Positions 1 to 10,385 are shown, counted from the first letter of the stretch. The stretch: DNA of 45,587 nt from Folioceros fuciformis (GCA_049999805.1 JBNGIO010004138.1:1-45587); one strand, 5' to 3'. Made by a program: numbers and translations. Notes: generated by a model from the sequence alone, not told the origin.

Positions 1-897
1 GGTGGTCGTGGGTGGCATCCCAACTGAACTATTTTGTTGTGGGTGTTGTCACTTTCAGGCTTGACTTCCGTTGTTTACTTCTTCTTTTCCAATCCCTCCT
101 TTCTTCTCCCAGTGCTCCTACTAACACCAAGGGACTCTCACCATAGGATTGTTCGAATATCCATCCTCCCTTGAGTCGTTTTTGACCTACCAACATTTAC
201 CACTTATATTAGCTGGCTAGCTAGAATGTTTGCTTGCTTGCTACCTTAACTTACTCCGGTAGGGGCTCAGCTCTTGCAAACTCCTTACTAACAGTGATTT
301 TATGTTCTTCCTTGATACTAACATGTCTCAGGTAGGTTTAACCTAGCGCTTGTGGGCCCGTAGAACATCGTTTTAGAACTAACTGATAGATTAAAAGATC
401 CTCCTCTCATGAGAGCTGCATACTAGCTGCCATGGAAGTTGTTAAGGGAAATGCTGCAAGAGTGAAGATGATTGGCTAGAAGAACTGGTGGAGGAAGAGG
501 AGCCTCAGAGCCTCAAAAGTGTTGAATGGTGACTTGTTGCCAACGAGTCAATGATTAGCAAAATAAAAAATATCGTCAGCCGTGAGAGAATTAGTTGTTT
601 GTGAGGATGCAAACAATTGAGAAGGGAGGCATGTGGATCTTCAAATTTTGGGGCACTGGTTCAATTTGGTTAAAAAAGACTTGGATACGGCTTAATAGGG
701 TTTTCAAAAAAAAAAATCTTTTGGTCATTTTTTTTCTATTTTTCTTTTTTCCAATGAAGTTAATTTGCCTGGAAATAGTTGGCGTGGTTACTAGAGTGAT
801 TATAGGTTTGGTATAAGGCTTAAGGAAACTTAGCTTTGGTGTTGGATCGTAGATTTAGCTTAGTCTTAGGTTCTGGTATGGGTTTGGTCAAACCTTC

Positions 898-1005
898 AAG
901 GAAAGAGATGCATTTCTAAAAAGTAGGAAGTAGAAAGCCAAAACTCTAAGAACTCTAAGAATGCCAAACCTTACAAATGAAGACGAAAACACCAACCTTA
1001 AGAAC
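898..1005 (+). repeat. Dispersed repeat, copy A (inverted homolog at 39100-39215)
   Basis: aaggaaagagat..agtaggaagtagaaagccaaaa..aaatgaaga..cgaaaacaccaaccttaagaac aligns by eye with the reverse complement of 39100-39215. Confidence 0.75.
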
Positions 1006-1913
1006 TAGAAAGATGAAAGTACATAAAAACATACATCTAATTTTTGAAAATAATAATAAAATATAGTACGTCTAAAATGCCAACTTAAGGAATCGGAAAG
1101 ATTGAACACAGAACTGAGGAGACAACCACAAAGATGAAACACCAAACGCATAGGTAGAAAGGAGATAAGAAGTCCAAACAAAATATAAAGAAATTCAAAA
1201 CATAAAGACAAAAGATGTACAAAAAATTAGAACTACAAAGTGACTAATAACAATTATATGACCCAACAATTATTCCTACACAACCATAAACAAGTTGTGC
1301 ATTAGGGTTGATGAAACTCAATTGAGAGATCATTAAAGATTCTAATAAAAAAAATGAATAAATGAGGGTTGAACAAGTGAAAGGAGAATTCAAATCTATT
1401 AAGATCGAAGTATTTTAAATTATGAAAAAATTAGAGTCTTAGGATCCCACATGATTCCAAGTTGTTTACTTGTTCCACAAAATTGGAATTTCATGTTTCC
1501 CATGTATGGTTTCAATTTTTTGCTTCTTTAATGAGCTTATGTCATCTAGCTTACCCTTCCTAATCCAGGGGTTCTATGAAAAGAAAAAAGAAAAGAAACT
1601 CATTAAATAAAATTTTATGATTAATTAAAAATTATATTCTAAAATTGAATAGATATATAATCTTAAATAAAATGTTCCCAAATATATGCCTTATAACCCT
1701 TCTCATGCCTTCTCAACAAATACTTTAGGGTTTGAATTGTTCTAATCTTGCTTATATGATACACACATAAAAATATATCATTTTACCAAAACCAGGTTTC
1801 ATAGATATATTTGTATTACATAAGGGTACACAAAGAACCTAAACAAATACGAAGAGAATAATGCACCCAAAGATGAAGAGAAACATAACACACTAATTTG
1901 TGAGCAAGGGTTC

Positions 1914-3149
1914 ATGAATATGAGGCAACCATGGATATGTAATAATATGTTTTCCATTACTCGGAATGAAAATGCTGAATGTACAAGTGTTGAAAATTTA
2001 CCACGCGTGGGCCATGTTTTTGAATCCGGACAAACTATAGAAATGCAAAGTGTGAGTCCATGGGAGAAGTTAAATGAAGACTTAGTGGAAAGGATTTTAG
2101 TTTACTTACCCTTGTCCCAAATATTCCAATCCCAAATGGTATGCAAGAAATGGTGCTCTATTATATCTCAAAGGTCATTCTTAAAACTACGTGCTCAAAT
2201 GTTTGCAAGGCCTATAACCTACTTTCCTTTGTTCATTTCTTTCAATCCTACTCGAGAATGTTTTGCCCACAATTTTGTGGGCAATGTGTGGGAAAAACTA
2301 CCAGCTCTTTCTTTCTTACCTCCCTACATAACTGGACCTGTGAAAGGTGCTGGGTGCTTCCTATGCTTTTATTACCATTCAGAACCTCTAGGACTCATAA
2401 CTCATGTGGTGTGTAATCCCTTCACCAAGAGGTGGAAAACGCTACCACATATGAAACATAAACGAGTTCGTCCCTTGCTGAATCACATGGTCATAGTGGA
2501 CAAAACAACAAAGGCTTACAAGATTGTTGTGGCTGATGACGATCATTGTTTTGTTACACCTTCTCAAGATAAGGTTTTTATGACCACCGAGGTGTATGAT
2601 TCCACATTAAGCTCATGGTGCGTTACTAGTCGAGTTCCTCTGAAGCTTGATAGTAGTGGCACAAGCGCGTTTTGTAATGGGCTGATATATTCTGTAGCTA
2701 CCGATGATGATTCGAAAAACCAACTGGGTATTATTTCCTACAACGTAGCAGAAGAAAAATGGAATGGTGTTCCTCTTAGATTGTCTGATAATTTTTGCAT
2801 CACTGACCTTGTAGAGTGTAATGGATATGTGATTGTGGTGGCAGAACTATTCAGGCACGGTCTGTTTGTTAGTGTCAATATATTCAAACATGAACCAACC
2901 ACACAAAGTTTTCTTCACTTAGCAGCAGTTCCTGATAACCTTTTCATTCTCTGTCTGAAAAATGGATTTTTTTGTGTAGGACATGATGATCTTCTTTGTT
3001 TCATAAGTTACACTAGTTTGATAGTTCTTGTTTTCAATATCACATTGACTTCTTGGAGTACCTTGTGTTCCTGCCCATTTGCACATGCTGAGAATGTTTA
3101 CAGAGTAGCAACGTTTCCATTACAACCTCATCTTGATCAAATTGTGTGA
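1914..3149 (+). CDS. Intronless F-box protein with C-terminal kelch/FBA-type beta-propeller region
   Basis: 411-aa ORF with F-box motif WEKLNEDLVERILVYLP..SQMVCKKWCSII..FL, followed by VCNPFTKRWKTLP, YKIVV and TEVYDSTLSSW, typical of plant F-box/kelch-like proteins. The true start Met is uncertain. Confidence 0.9.
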   Translation: MNMRQPWICNNMFSITRNENAECTSVENLPRVGHVFESGQTIEMQSVSPWEKLNEDLVERILVYLPLSQIFQSQMVCKKWCSIISQRSFLKLRAQMFARPITYFPLFISFNPTRECFAHNFVGNVWEKLPALSFLPPYITGPVKGAGCFLCFYYHSEPLGLITHVVCNPFTKRWKTLPHMKHKRVRPLLNHMVIVDKTTKAYKIVVADDDHCFVTPSQDKVFMTTEVYDSTLSSWCVTSRVPLKLDSSGTSAFCNGLIYSVATDDDSKNQLGIISYNVAEEKWNGVPLRLSDNFCITDLVECNGYVIVVAELFRHGLFVSVNIFKHEPTTQSFLHLAAVPDNLFILCLKNGFFCVGHDDLLCFISYTSLIVLVFNITLTSWSTLCSCPFAHAENVYRVATFPLQPHLDQIV

Positions 3150-3555
3150 GATCAAAACACTTAGACTGCGGGGGGGACAGACAATACAAAACAAAAAGAC
3201 AGACTTTTTGTATATTAATAAAAGAAATGCACAGATGTACTAGTCGTTCTCTTCCCCTTCCCTTCCTGTTCCCCCTTCTCGCGCAGCGACGCGACAAGAG
3301 GGGATTAGGATGTGGCTGTTTTGGCTTGATGTGTGTTACAAGATTTCTAAGAAACACATCACGCCCTGAGGGTTGTTGGTTGGCAACAAAACATGTCAAA
3401 CCTCGGCTTGGTTGTGTTCAGATAATGCGACACACTGAACTCCTCCACAGCCATTGATGTAACTGATTGTATAGACCCATGGTGGATGAAGGGCAGCTGC
3501 ATTTTTGCAGGCCTGACAGACGGGCTTTCATCCTTGGGTGCAGGCTTAGCAGGGC

Positions 3556-6551
3556 ATGACTATGGAGAGGGTGCCAGGCAGGTGGCAAGCATCCCAAGGA
3601 GTGGGTGCTGAAGGGGATGATGCTGCGTCTGCTTCCAACGTGACCCACCTGTCCTATGACGTTGATCACCGCCAATCCAAGACGCCAAGACCTGATTCTA
3701 AGTACATTCGCCACCTCTCTAAGCATGGCTGGCTGGCCTTTGTTGTTGGTACACGGTGATGGTCATCCTGGCCGCTGCTTGAAGCTGGGTCGCTGTATTG
3801 TCTTCTGTGTAACAGTAGATGAGATGTCGGGTGGGGTTTCAGGTGGCCGACGCTGAATGATGACGACAGCGGCACCAATTGCCTGGCGAACGGATTGGAG
3901 ATGACAGTTCTGTCCAACCTACCGGGGCCAGACTATGCGCTATGTGTGGAGCCGTTTGTGCCCTTCGAGTTGCTCCCCCGCGAGGGACTGAATCAGCGGC
4001 TCAAGGATGCCGTGGAACGTGCTGAACATCGCCAAGTATCCACATCTGCAGGCCCTGTCCCCGCAGAGCACGCGCCTGCAAACACGGGCCCTCGCAGCTC
4101 CATCAAGAAGAAAAGGAGGCGGGTTTCCCTGCAGGCAGCGTTCGGAGGAAGCAGGAACGTGTGGGAGGGCATTTCTGCTGCTAACAGGGAGCGGAGGCGG
4201 CCGTCCGACCTGGTGGCATCGCCTGCCCCGCTTCTATGTGCTGGAAAGACGGGTCCCGGCTCGGGACCTGCAGCCGCCGACAAGGAAAGGAAACTTGGCG
4301 GATGCGGAATCGGAATGGCATCCGGAGACGCGCCGGCTCCCTTCCGTGCTTCCAAGCCCAACTTTCTGTCAGACGACAGCGACAGCGACAGCGACAGCGA
4401 CTCCTCCTGCTTCTCCGACGGGGCTGCCTCCTCGGAGGAGTCCAAGCTGCAGGAAGACTTCCACCGGAAATTTCACCAGGAGCTGAGCCGCACGCTGGAG
4501 TTCGAGCAGCACGGCGGGCACAAGGGGAGGTGCATCAAAGTCCCCGAGCTGAAGCCGAAACGCAAGGCTTGTCTCCCGCACTGGCACTGCAGCAACAGCA
4601 TCAGAGTCACCAGTGACCGGATGAGCCTGGGCCTCCCTCCAGAGCCGATGCTTCCGCTCCACCTCCCCCTCGACGGAGTTCGTTTGGGCGGGGCGCCTCT
4701 GACTGGAAACGACTCCATTCCCCCTGGNNNNNNNNNNNNNNNNNNNNNNNNNNNNNNNNNNNNNNNNNNNNNNNNNNNNNNNNNNNNNNNNNNNNNNNNN
4801 NNNNNNNNNNNNNNNNNNNNNNNNNNNACCTTAAACCGATGCTGCCCAGGGAAGCTGTGCAGCGGCCCCCTGCAGATCACCACGGCCACGGGGGTGGAGC
4901 GGGAGCGGGGACTCGGAAGGCACCCCCAGCAACGGGTCCGCAGGGAAGACTGTCCCCATGGCCAGCCCACCGGCCCATGAAGGTGCCCCAGACTCCCCCT
5001 GCGCTTCCGGCTGCACCAGGAGGATGGGTACAGCAGAGCGGTCCGGAGTCGAGAGCAAGCTCCCGAGCGAGCTCTCGCGCAGCGTCTCCCGCTCCTGTCC
5101 AAGAGGCGAGGGAGATCCGGATAGGCCCTTGGAACAGCTTGTCGCCGAGGACCGATCTGCTGGGCTGCGCGGCGCCCGGCGGTGCTGGAAATGTTGGAAA
5201 TGGATCCGGAAAGGAGCAGTGTGGCGCCTTCTGTTTCAACATCCCGCTGCCCGGGGAGCGGTCTCTGCTGGTAAGGGCTGAGACGGGTCCCAAACAGGTG
5301 CATATATCGGTCTCGTTGCAGGATGTGAGCGGAGAGTTGGACGGGACGTTGCTGGCAGAACGAGACCGGGTTTGCGATCAGCAGCGGCATGGGGAGCAAA
5401 ATAGTCAGGCCCAGTTCTCGACACCGTCCTGTAAGAACTGGACGGCAAGGAAGCGTAGCGTGTCTTGGAGCTGTCCTGAGATTCTAGGCCCCGGTGTGGC
5501 GCCTTCTGCTACCAGGCCACCTCCTCCTGCACGGTCGCGAGGAGTGCCTGTGAGTGGGCCCAGAGCGGCGTCTCCTGCATCATGGAATCTGCCGCTGCAA
5601 GGTCCGGTGAGGCGAGAGCCGTCTCCTGTCTCATGGAACATATCAGTACAGGGCGGAGCAGCAGCGAGGACACCTTCTCCACCATGTGACCGTCCAGACT
5701 GCGGACAGCAAGCGGAAGGGGATCATGGCCATGCCGATGTCACCACACCCCTCCAGGCATTGACCCCGGTGGCTTGCCCAAGCGCAATACCGGCGCAAGA
5801 TCTGGCATACCAGCATCTTGAAGCAGTGGTAGTGGAATCCAGCGACGGCAGCGAGCATACCGTGCTGCTAGAACCTAGCAATGACAGGGAGCCTACGGTG
5901 CTGCTAGAACGTAGCGATGAGAGGGAGCTTACCGTGCTGCTAAAGCCTGGGGATGGCGGGGAGCCTTCTCCTCCAAAGCCGTTGCACCTGTCCGAGCAGC
6001 ATCTGGCAGCAGTATCTTCACTGCATGAAGGCATGGCCGGGCTTGTGTCCTGCCGAAACATCCAAGTGCAGCCGGGTGTGATACGGGACATCCTGGACTG
6101 CCAAAACGCAGCTAGTTTCCAAGAGGTGAAGGCGGTGGATGTAGCAGTAGTGGCAGTGGCCCGGTGTGAGCAGGATGATCACAAGAGAAGGACGTCGGAT
6201 TTGAAGTTCTCCAAGTCCAATCACAATTTCTTGGAGAAACTGGCAAGAAAGGCAGGGTCAGGGGATCCCCACTGTGTGCGGGCCTTGAAACCGTTCCAAG
6301 AAGAGGCGGGGAAGGAAAACGAGTGCGGGGAATGTGAGCCCCAGAAGTGTAGCAGGAGGTGTTGCAGGATGGGAGCGAGTCAGAGTCATCGCATCCTCGT
6401 TGGCGCGCAAAAGGAACTACCAAAGGCACAGGTTTCTGCTCACTCCCAGACGGAGAACGGTATTCCGTTGGATGGCGGTAAAACACATTGGCTTTCGCTT
6501 TTCAAACGAGCAATTCGCCAGAAGTCGAAGGAGTTCAACGCCTATGTGTGA
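3556..6551 (+). CDS. Uncharacterised, largely disordered Pro/Ser-rich protein; probable intron 3756-3842; interrupted by an assembly gap
   Basis: GC-rich open frames 3843-4727 and 4830-6551 lie on either side of the N run. A short upstream ORF from ATG 3556 joins in frame through CG|gtgatg...tttcag|G. No domain recognised. Confidence 0.6.
4728..4827. other. Assembly gap (100 N)
   Basis: Run of exactly 100 N. The reading frame differs across it, so the true length is unknown. Confidence 0.99.
5841..5966 (+). repeat. Coding 36-bp (12-aa) tandem repeat, ~3.5 copies
   Basis: SDGSEHTVLLEP / SNDREPTVLLER / SDERELTVLLKP / GDGGEP. Confidence 0.9.
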
Positions 6552-7178
6552 GGGAGGCAGGACTGGACTGTCTTTGCCTCGATGGCAGTGACAAATAGTT
6601 TAGTCATATCCGCGCTATGACGTTGTTGCCCACCTGAACACACTTGTCCAAACCGAAACCAACATGTCAATCCTGCGCAATGGTGGAAATATGGAAAGGA
6701 AGGGCATAGCAACTTGACCATTGCAATCTATGCCCTCCATTGTGTTGCTACCACTCTTTGTTTGTCCTTCTTGCTTTGCTTTGCTACCAAATCCTTGTCC
6801 TTCTTGCTTGCCTTTGTGTCTCTATTGATTACTATGCTATAACACATGTGCAAAGGCCTTTGTCTCAATTACAAGTGACGAATTTCTATGAACTTATATG
6901 GACATCCTTACCTTTCACATATGTTTGTGTAGAAATCTATGAAATCCCTAATCCCTACTAATCATAACTATAATTAACTATCACTTAATCTCCACAAAAT
7001 ATTATGCTAAGATTCTTAGAGAGTTGAGATGCTACAGAATCATTCGGTTTTGTTTTTTTTAGAAGAAATCCTCGAGTGGAGTTGTTAAGGAATCACTTGA
7101 TCAATTCCAGCAATTGCGAGTTTACTTACATGTGATATAGATATCTTTTAAACATATAACATGTATATTTCACATAAT

Positions 7179-7634
7179 ATGGAAGTCTTTGCTTTAAGGT
7201 TTGTAGTGATATTGCTCATAGCTTTTGCTGTCAGTATTCAATATGTCACAGCAAGGAGAAAATATTTGTTCACCCCACTTTTTTTTTTTCCTATGAGAAT
7301 ATGGTTGGTAAGTAGGTCTTTTGTTGTTCCACGTCATCACAGTAAATAGTTTTTGAGAATGATGTTCAAAAGGGGCTAACACCTTTTGACCTTGCCGGAT
7401 TGTTCCTTCAATCAATCTTTGGAGTAGATGTGATTTTTCATATTATAAAATATATTTTAATATTATATTTTTGAAATTAATCTAACTTTGATAATTAGTA
7501 GTGACCCAATAGAAATCACCTACACTTGTTGCATCAAAGGATAATGCTAGATGATATTTGGCAATGAATAGGCAATCGAAAATATCACATGTGTTTGAAG
7601 ACAAGAAAGAAGGTGTGTATGTATTAAATTTTAA
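7179..7634 (+). pseudogene. Possible pseudogene of a small secreted cysteine-rich peptide
   Basis: Signal-peptide-like MEVFALRFVVILLIAFAVSIQYVTA from 7179. Frame 7503-7634 reads DPIEITYTCCIKG*C*MIFGNE*AIENITCV*RQERRCVCIKF*. The splice junction is unresolved. Confidence 0.3.
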
Positions 7635-8058
7635 TTTATTCTATATTAATAATAAATATTAAAAGTTCTCATCAATTGGATGATATTACCTAGGACAGCG
7701 GAAGAGTTACTACCAATGATGGTTAATAGGCAGATAGCCAAGAAAACTCTATCTTCACATACTCACTTGGCCACCCGACAAAAATTGATCTCCAGAATCA
7801 CCGCTCGGACCACAGCGTAAGGATCGATGGCAAGAAATTCCATCCATTATTTCCTAGGATGCCAGTCTTCCCGGTCGACGCTTAACATCATATTATGCCT
7901 TGAAGGATAGGGTTCTGCATCTTCCACCTGAATGATCCGCTGAAGACAAGTTCACAGCAACGTGAATGTCAAACATCTTCATGTGATACCCTATTGAATT
8001 TGCTTGAATCGGATGACGGGTGCAGGCCGAATGCTGCGTTGCTTTGATAAGATGCTTG

Positions 8059-9351
8059 TTAGACAGCTTCAAAAATCATGACTCCATTGGTGATGTCGGT
8101 TTTGTGGTGTGCAAACTCCCTGGCCTTCTCGTAAGCTTTAGGCCAAGGCTGCTTCCTTTCTTTGTCCTTGTGAGCCCCACCCCATGCACTCTTGTATGTG
8201 GACGGATTGATGTCAAACTGGTCAGGCCTTCCCCCGCCAGGTGCAGGTGCAGGTGCAGGTGCAGGTGCAGGTGTCGGTGCCGGTGCCGGTGCCGGTGCGG
8301 AGGCAGGTGGAGACGCAGGCTTTGAGGATGCACAGGAGGTGGCAGGCTTGCAGGAAGTTGGAGGAGAGGCTGCCTTTGGAGATGATGCACACGAGGTTTC
8401 AGGCTTGGAGGAGGCCGGAGGAGAGGCTGGCTTCGAGGATGCACAGGAGGTTTCGGGCTTAGAGGAAGCCGGAGGGGAGGCTGGCTTCGAAGATGCACAG
8501 GAGGTCTCAGCCTTGGAGGAGGCCGGAGGAGAGGCTGGCTTGGAGGTTGGGGGAGTGGCAGGGTTGGAGCACGCAGGAGGAGAAGCAGGTTTTGAGGATG
8601 CACAGGATGAATCAGGCTTGGAGGAAGGGGTAGGAGCGGGAGTCTTGGAGCCTGCAGGAGGAGATGCTGGCTTGGATGAGGGACAGGAGGAGGCAGGAGG
8701 GGAGCTAGGGTTTGGGGGAGAGTCAGGTTTCTTGGCTGGGCATGCGGGAGGGGAGGCAGGCTTGGAGGATGCGCATGGAGGAGATGCAGGTTTAGGAGAG
8801 CTTGTTACCGTCTTGGACTGCAGGACATTGTCAGGCTTGGGTTGAGGGTCTCCCAGGGCCTCCGGATGGGCAAACACATGCGGGGTAAGCTCCTTGACGC
8901 CGGGCTCCGGCACGGAGCGTGTGGTGAATTTGGAGGCCGTGGTGTAGGGCTTCTCGCCCACATGCGTACTCAGGCGCAGCGGCTTGGTGTACGACTTCTC
9001 CTTCTCTGGCTTGGTGGTTTCCTTGAGGATGGGCGCCGCGTACGTCCTGGTGTCCGTCGGCTTGGCCGGCTTCCGGGCCGCCTGCAGCGCGTAGTCCGTC
9101 TTGGTGGTGTGGTCGATGGCGTGCACAGGCCACTCGTATGGCGTGTAGTCGTAGGGGTTGATAGGAGGCCTGCCCTCGTCGTAGGGCGGAGGCTTCCCGG
9201 AGTGAGCTGGTGGAGGCGGGTGCAGCGCCAGGGTCACATCCGTGGATTTGCGCCCCCACCATAGTTGATCCCAATGCGGATCGAAGTTGGGGTTGTCTGT
9301 CCACATGGATTTCCTGCGCGCCCCCTGCGGCTTCCTCCCCCTCGACGCCAT
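8059..9351 (-). CDS. Uncharacterised 430-aa Pro/Ser/Ala/Lys-rich repeat protein
   Basis: Long GC-rich ORF. Likely start MASRGRKPQG at 9351 (the frame is open to 9543). Complex N- and C-termini flank a degenerate repeat whose variation is largely synonymous. Confidence 0.75.
   Translation of the reverse strand: MASRGRKPQGARRKSMWTDNPNFDPHWDQLWWGRKSTDVTLALHPPPPAHSGKPPPYDEGRPPINPYDYTPYEWPVHAIDHTTKTDYALQAARKPAKPTDTRTYAAPILKETTKPEKEKSYTKPLRLSTHVGEKPYTTASKFTTRSVPEPGVKELTPHVFAHPEALGDPQPKPDNVLQSKTVTSSPKPASPPCASSKPASPPACPAKKPDSPPNPSSPPASSCPSSKPASPPAGSKTPAPTPSSKPDSSCASSKPASPPACSNPATPPTSKPASPPASSKAETSCASSKPASPPASSKPETSCASSKPASPPASSKPETSCASSPKAASPPTSCKPATSCASSKPASPPASAPAPAPAPTPAPAPAPAPAPGGGRPDQFDINPSTYKSAWGGAHKDKERKQPWPKAYEKAREFAHHKTDITNGVMIFEAV
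8239..8795 (-). repeat. Coding minisatellite: ~54-bp units (SCASSKPASPPASSKPET) plus a (PA)n hexamer microsatellite
   Basis: Recurrent gaggatgcacaggagg..ggcttggaggaggc.ggaggagaggctgg at 8299-8795; (ggtgca)n(ggtgcc)n at 8239-8298. Confidence 0.95.
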
Positions 9352-9612
9352 CCTGCAAGTCACCACCACACCAATTTTCCAGCAGCATGGAGATGGCGCC
9401 GCACGTCCAGTGCTGTGCACTGGATCCCAACACCGATACGGGAGTTGGTGGGTGAAACGGCGGGTCCAGCTGGACGTTCCTTTGATGATCTCCCACCTCT
9501 TCTGCTGCCACGTGGCTTGCAGATAGCCACCTCGTCCTACCATGCAGCACCATCATACATACCGTCTACGTACTGTACGTGTCAACCTACAAGTGTGCTA
9601 CATGTGTATTGT

Positions 9613-9623
9613 ATCCCACATCG
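9613..9623 (+). promoter_or_regulatory. Plant snRNA-type upstream sequence element (USE)
   Basis: ATCCCACATCG is an exact match to the plant USE consensus RTCCCACATCG. The nearest TATAA is at 9670, which is atypical spacing. Confidence 0.5.
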
Positions 9624-9669
9624 TCGTAGAGGGTGGCCAGGTGGCCTTCTCTGAAGACCCTACGGTGGG

Positions 9670-9710
9670 TATAACGGCTCCCGGCCTTTTCTGCGACAGG
9701 GGTAGGGTTT
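9670..9710 (+). promoter_or_regulatory. TATA-like box and telo-box of the putative snoRNA-cluster promoter
   Basis: TATAA at 9670-9674 and TAGGGTTT (reverse complement of AAACCCTA) at 9703-9710. Telo-boxes near the TSS are typical of plant snoRNA and ribosome-biogenesis promoters. Confidence 0.5.
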
Positions 9711-9819
9711 GGGGCGGAGGACTTGTCGGCTCGGTCCGACTTGAACAAGGGCCGTCTTCAGGAATGTTTGATGCGTTTCCAGGCCTCTGGTCGGTCGACT
9801 ACCGGCTTCCGTTCAAGCT

Positions 9820-10019
9820 CATAGCTTTCGGTTGTGGCGTCGCGTTTGAATGGGACACCCATGGCTTTCTGTTGTGGCATCGTGTTTGAACGGGATACCC
9901 ATAGCTTTCTGCCGAGGCGTTGCGCAAGAGCGGGGTTCCCATAGCGTTATACTGCGGCGCTGCGCCAGAGCGTGATTCCCATGGCGTTGTACTGCGGCGC
10001 TGCGCCAGAGCGGGATTCT
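9820..10019 (+). repeat. Five degenerate tandem units of exactly 40 bp (sixth related unit at 10297-10336)
   Basis: Units start CAT(A/G)GC at 9820, 9860, 9900, 9940 and 9980, with no indels. Confidence 0.92.
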
Positions 10020-10069
10020 CTCCCGGCTTTGGAGTGGCCTGTCAGGGTTTCTCGTTGCTTTTCTCTCTC

Positions 10070-10148
10070 GCTCCGATGATGAGTGCTATTTCGAAAAGTA
10101 GTGGTCTTAGCTCTGGCCAGATGCTGAGAAGTACAGCGCATGAGGAGC
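10070..10148 (+). ncRNA. Box C/D snoRNA copy 1; D' guide antisense to 25S rRNA ACCACUACUUUU (SNORD75-type site)
   Basis: Terminal stem GCTCC/GGAGC; box C ATGATGA at 10076; guide AAAAGTAGTGGT at 10094-10105 then D' CTTA; C' ATGCTGA at 10121; box D ATGA at 10140. Confidence 0.8.
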
Positions 10149-10385
10149 TCAATGATGCCCGTTCTTCTTGTTTTTCGTCCTGAGTATGATTGTTTTAGGG
10201 TTGCATGTGCCTACGGTTCTCTCAGCCTGGTGGGAAACATCTGTACCCAACAGGAGTAGACTTTGTTTTGTGTGTGGGGACAGGTCTGTTCCAACCCATA
10301 GGTTTCTCGCGCGTAGTTCCGCAAGAGCGAGATTGTCTCGCGTCCTTGGAGCGGGCTTCCGGGGTTTTTGCTTTGTTTCTTCGTT

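Noticed and set aside
1-600. Gene or TE ORF at the window start
   Set aside because: No long ORF or recognisable motif; probably decayed repeat.
7503-7634. U-to-C RNA editing rescuing in-frame stops
   Set aside because: Plant U-to-C editing is known only in organelles. Mutational decay, or chance in AT-rich DNA, is simpler.
9680-9900. Telomerase RNA or U snRNA downstream of the USE
   Set aside because: No C-rich template on the transcribed strand (only G-strand TAGGGTTT), no recognisable U1-U6/U3/7SL sequence, and TTTT at 9687-9690 would stop Pol III.
9820-10019. CRISPR-like array
   Set aside because: Whole units are mutually homologous, with no repeat/unique-spacer alternation. The context is eukaryotic with no cas genes.
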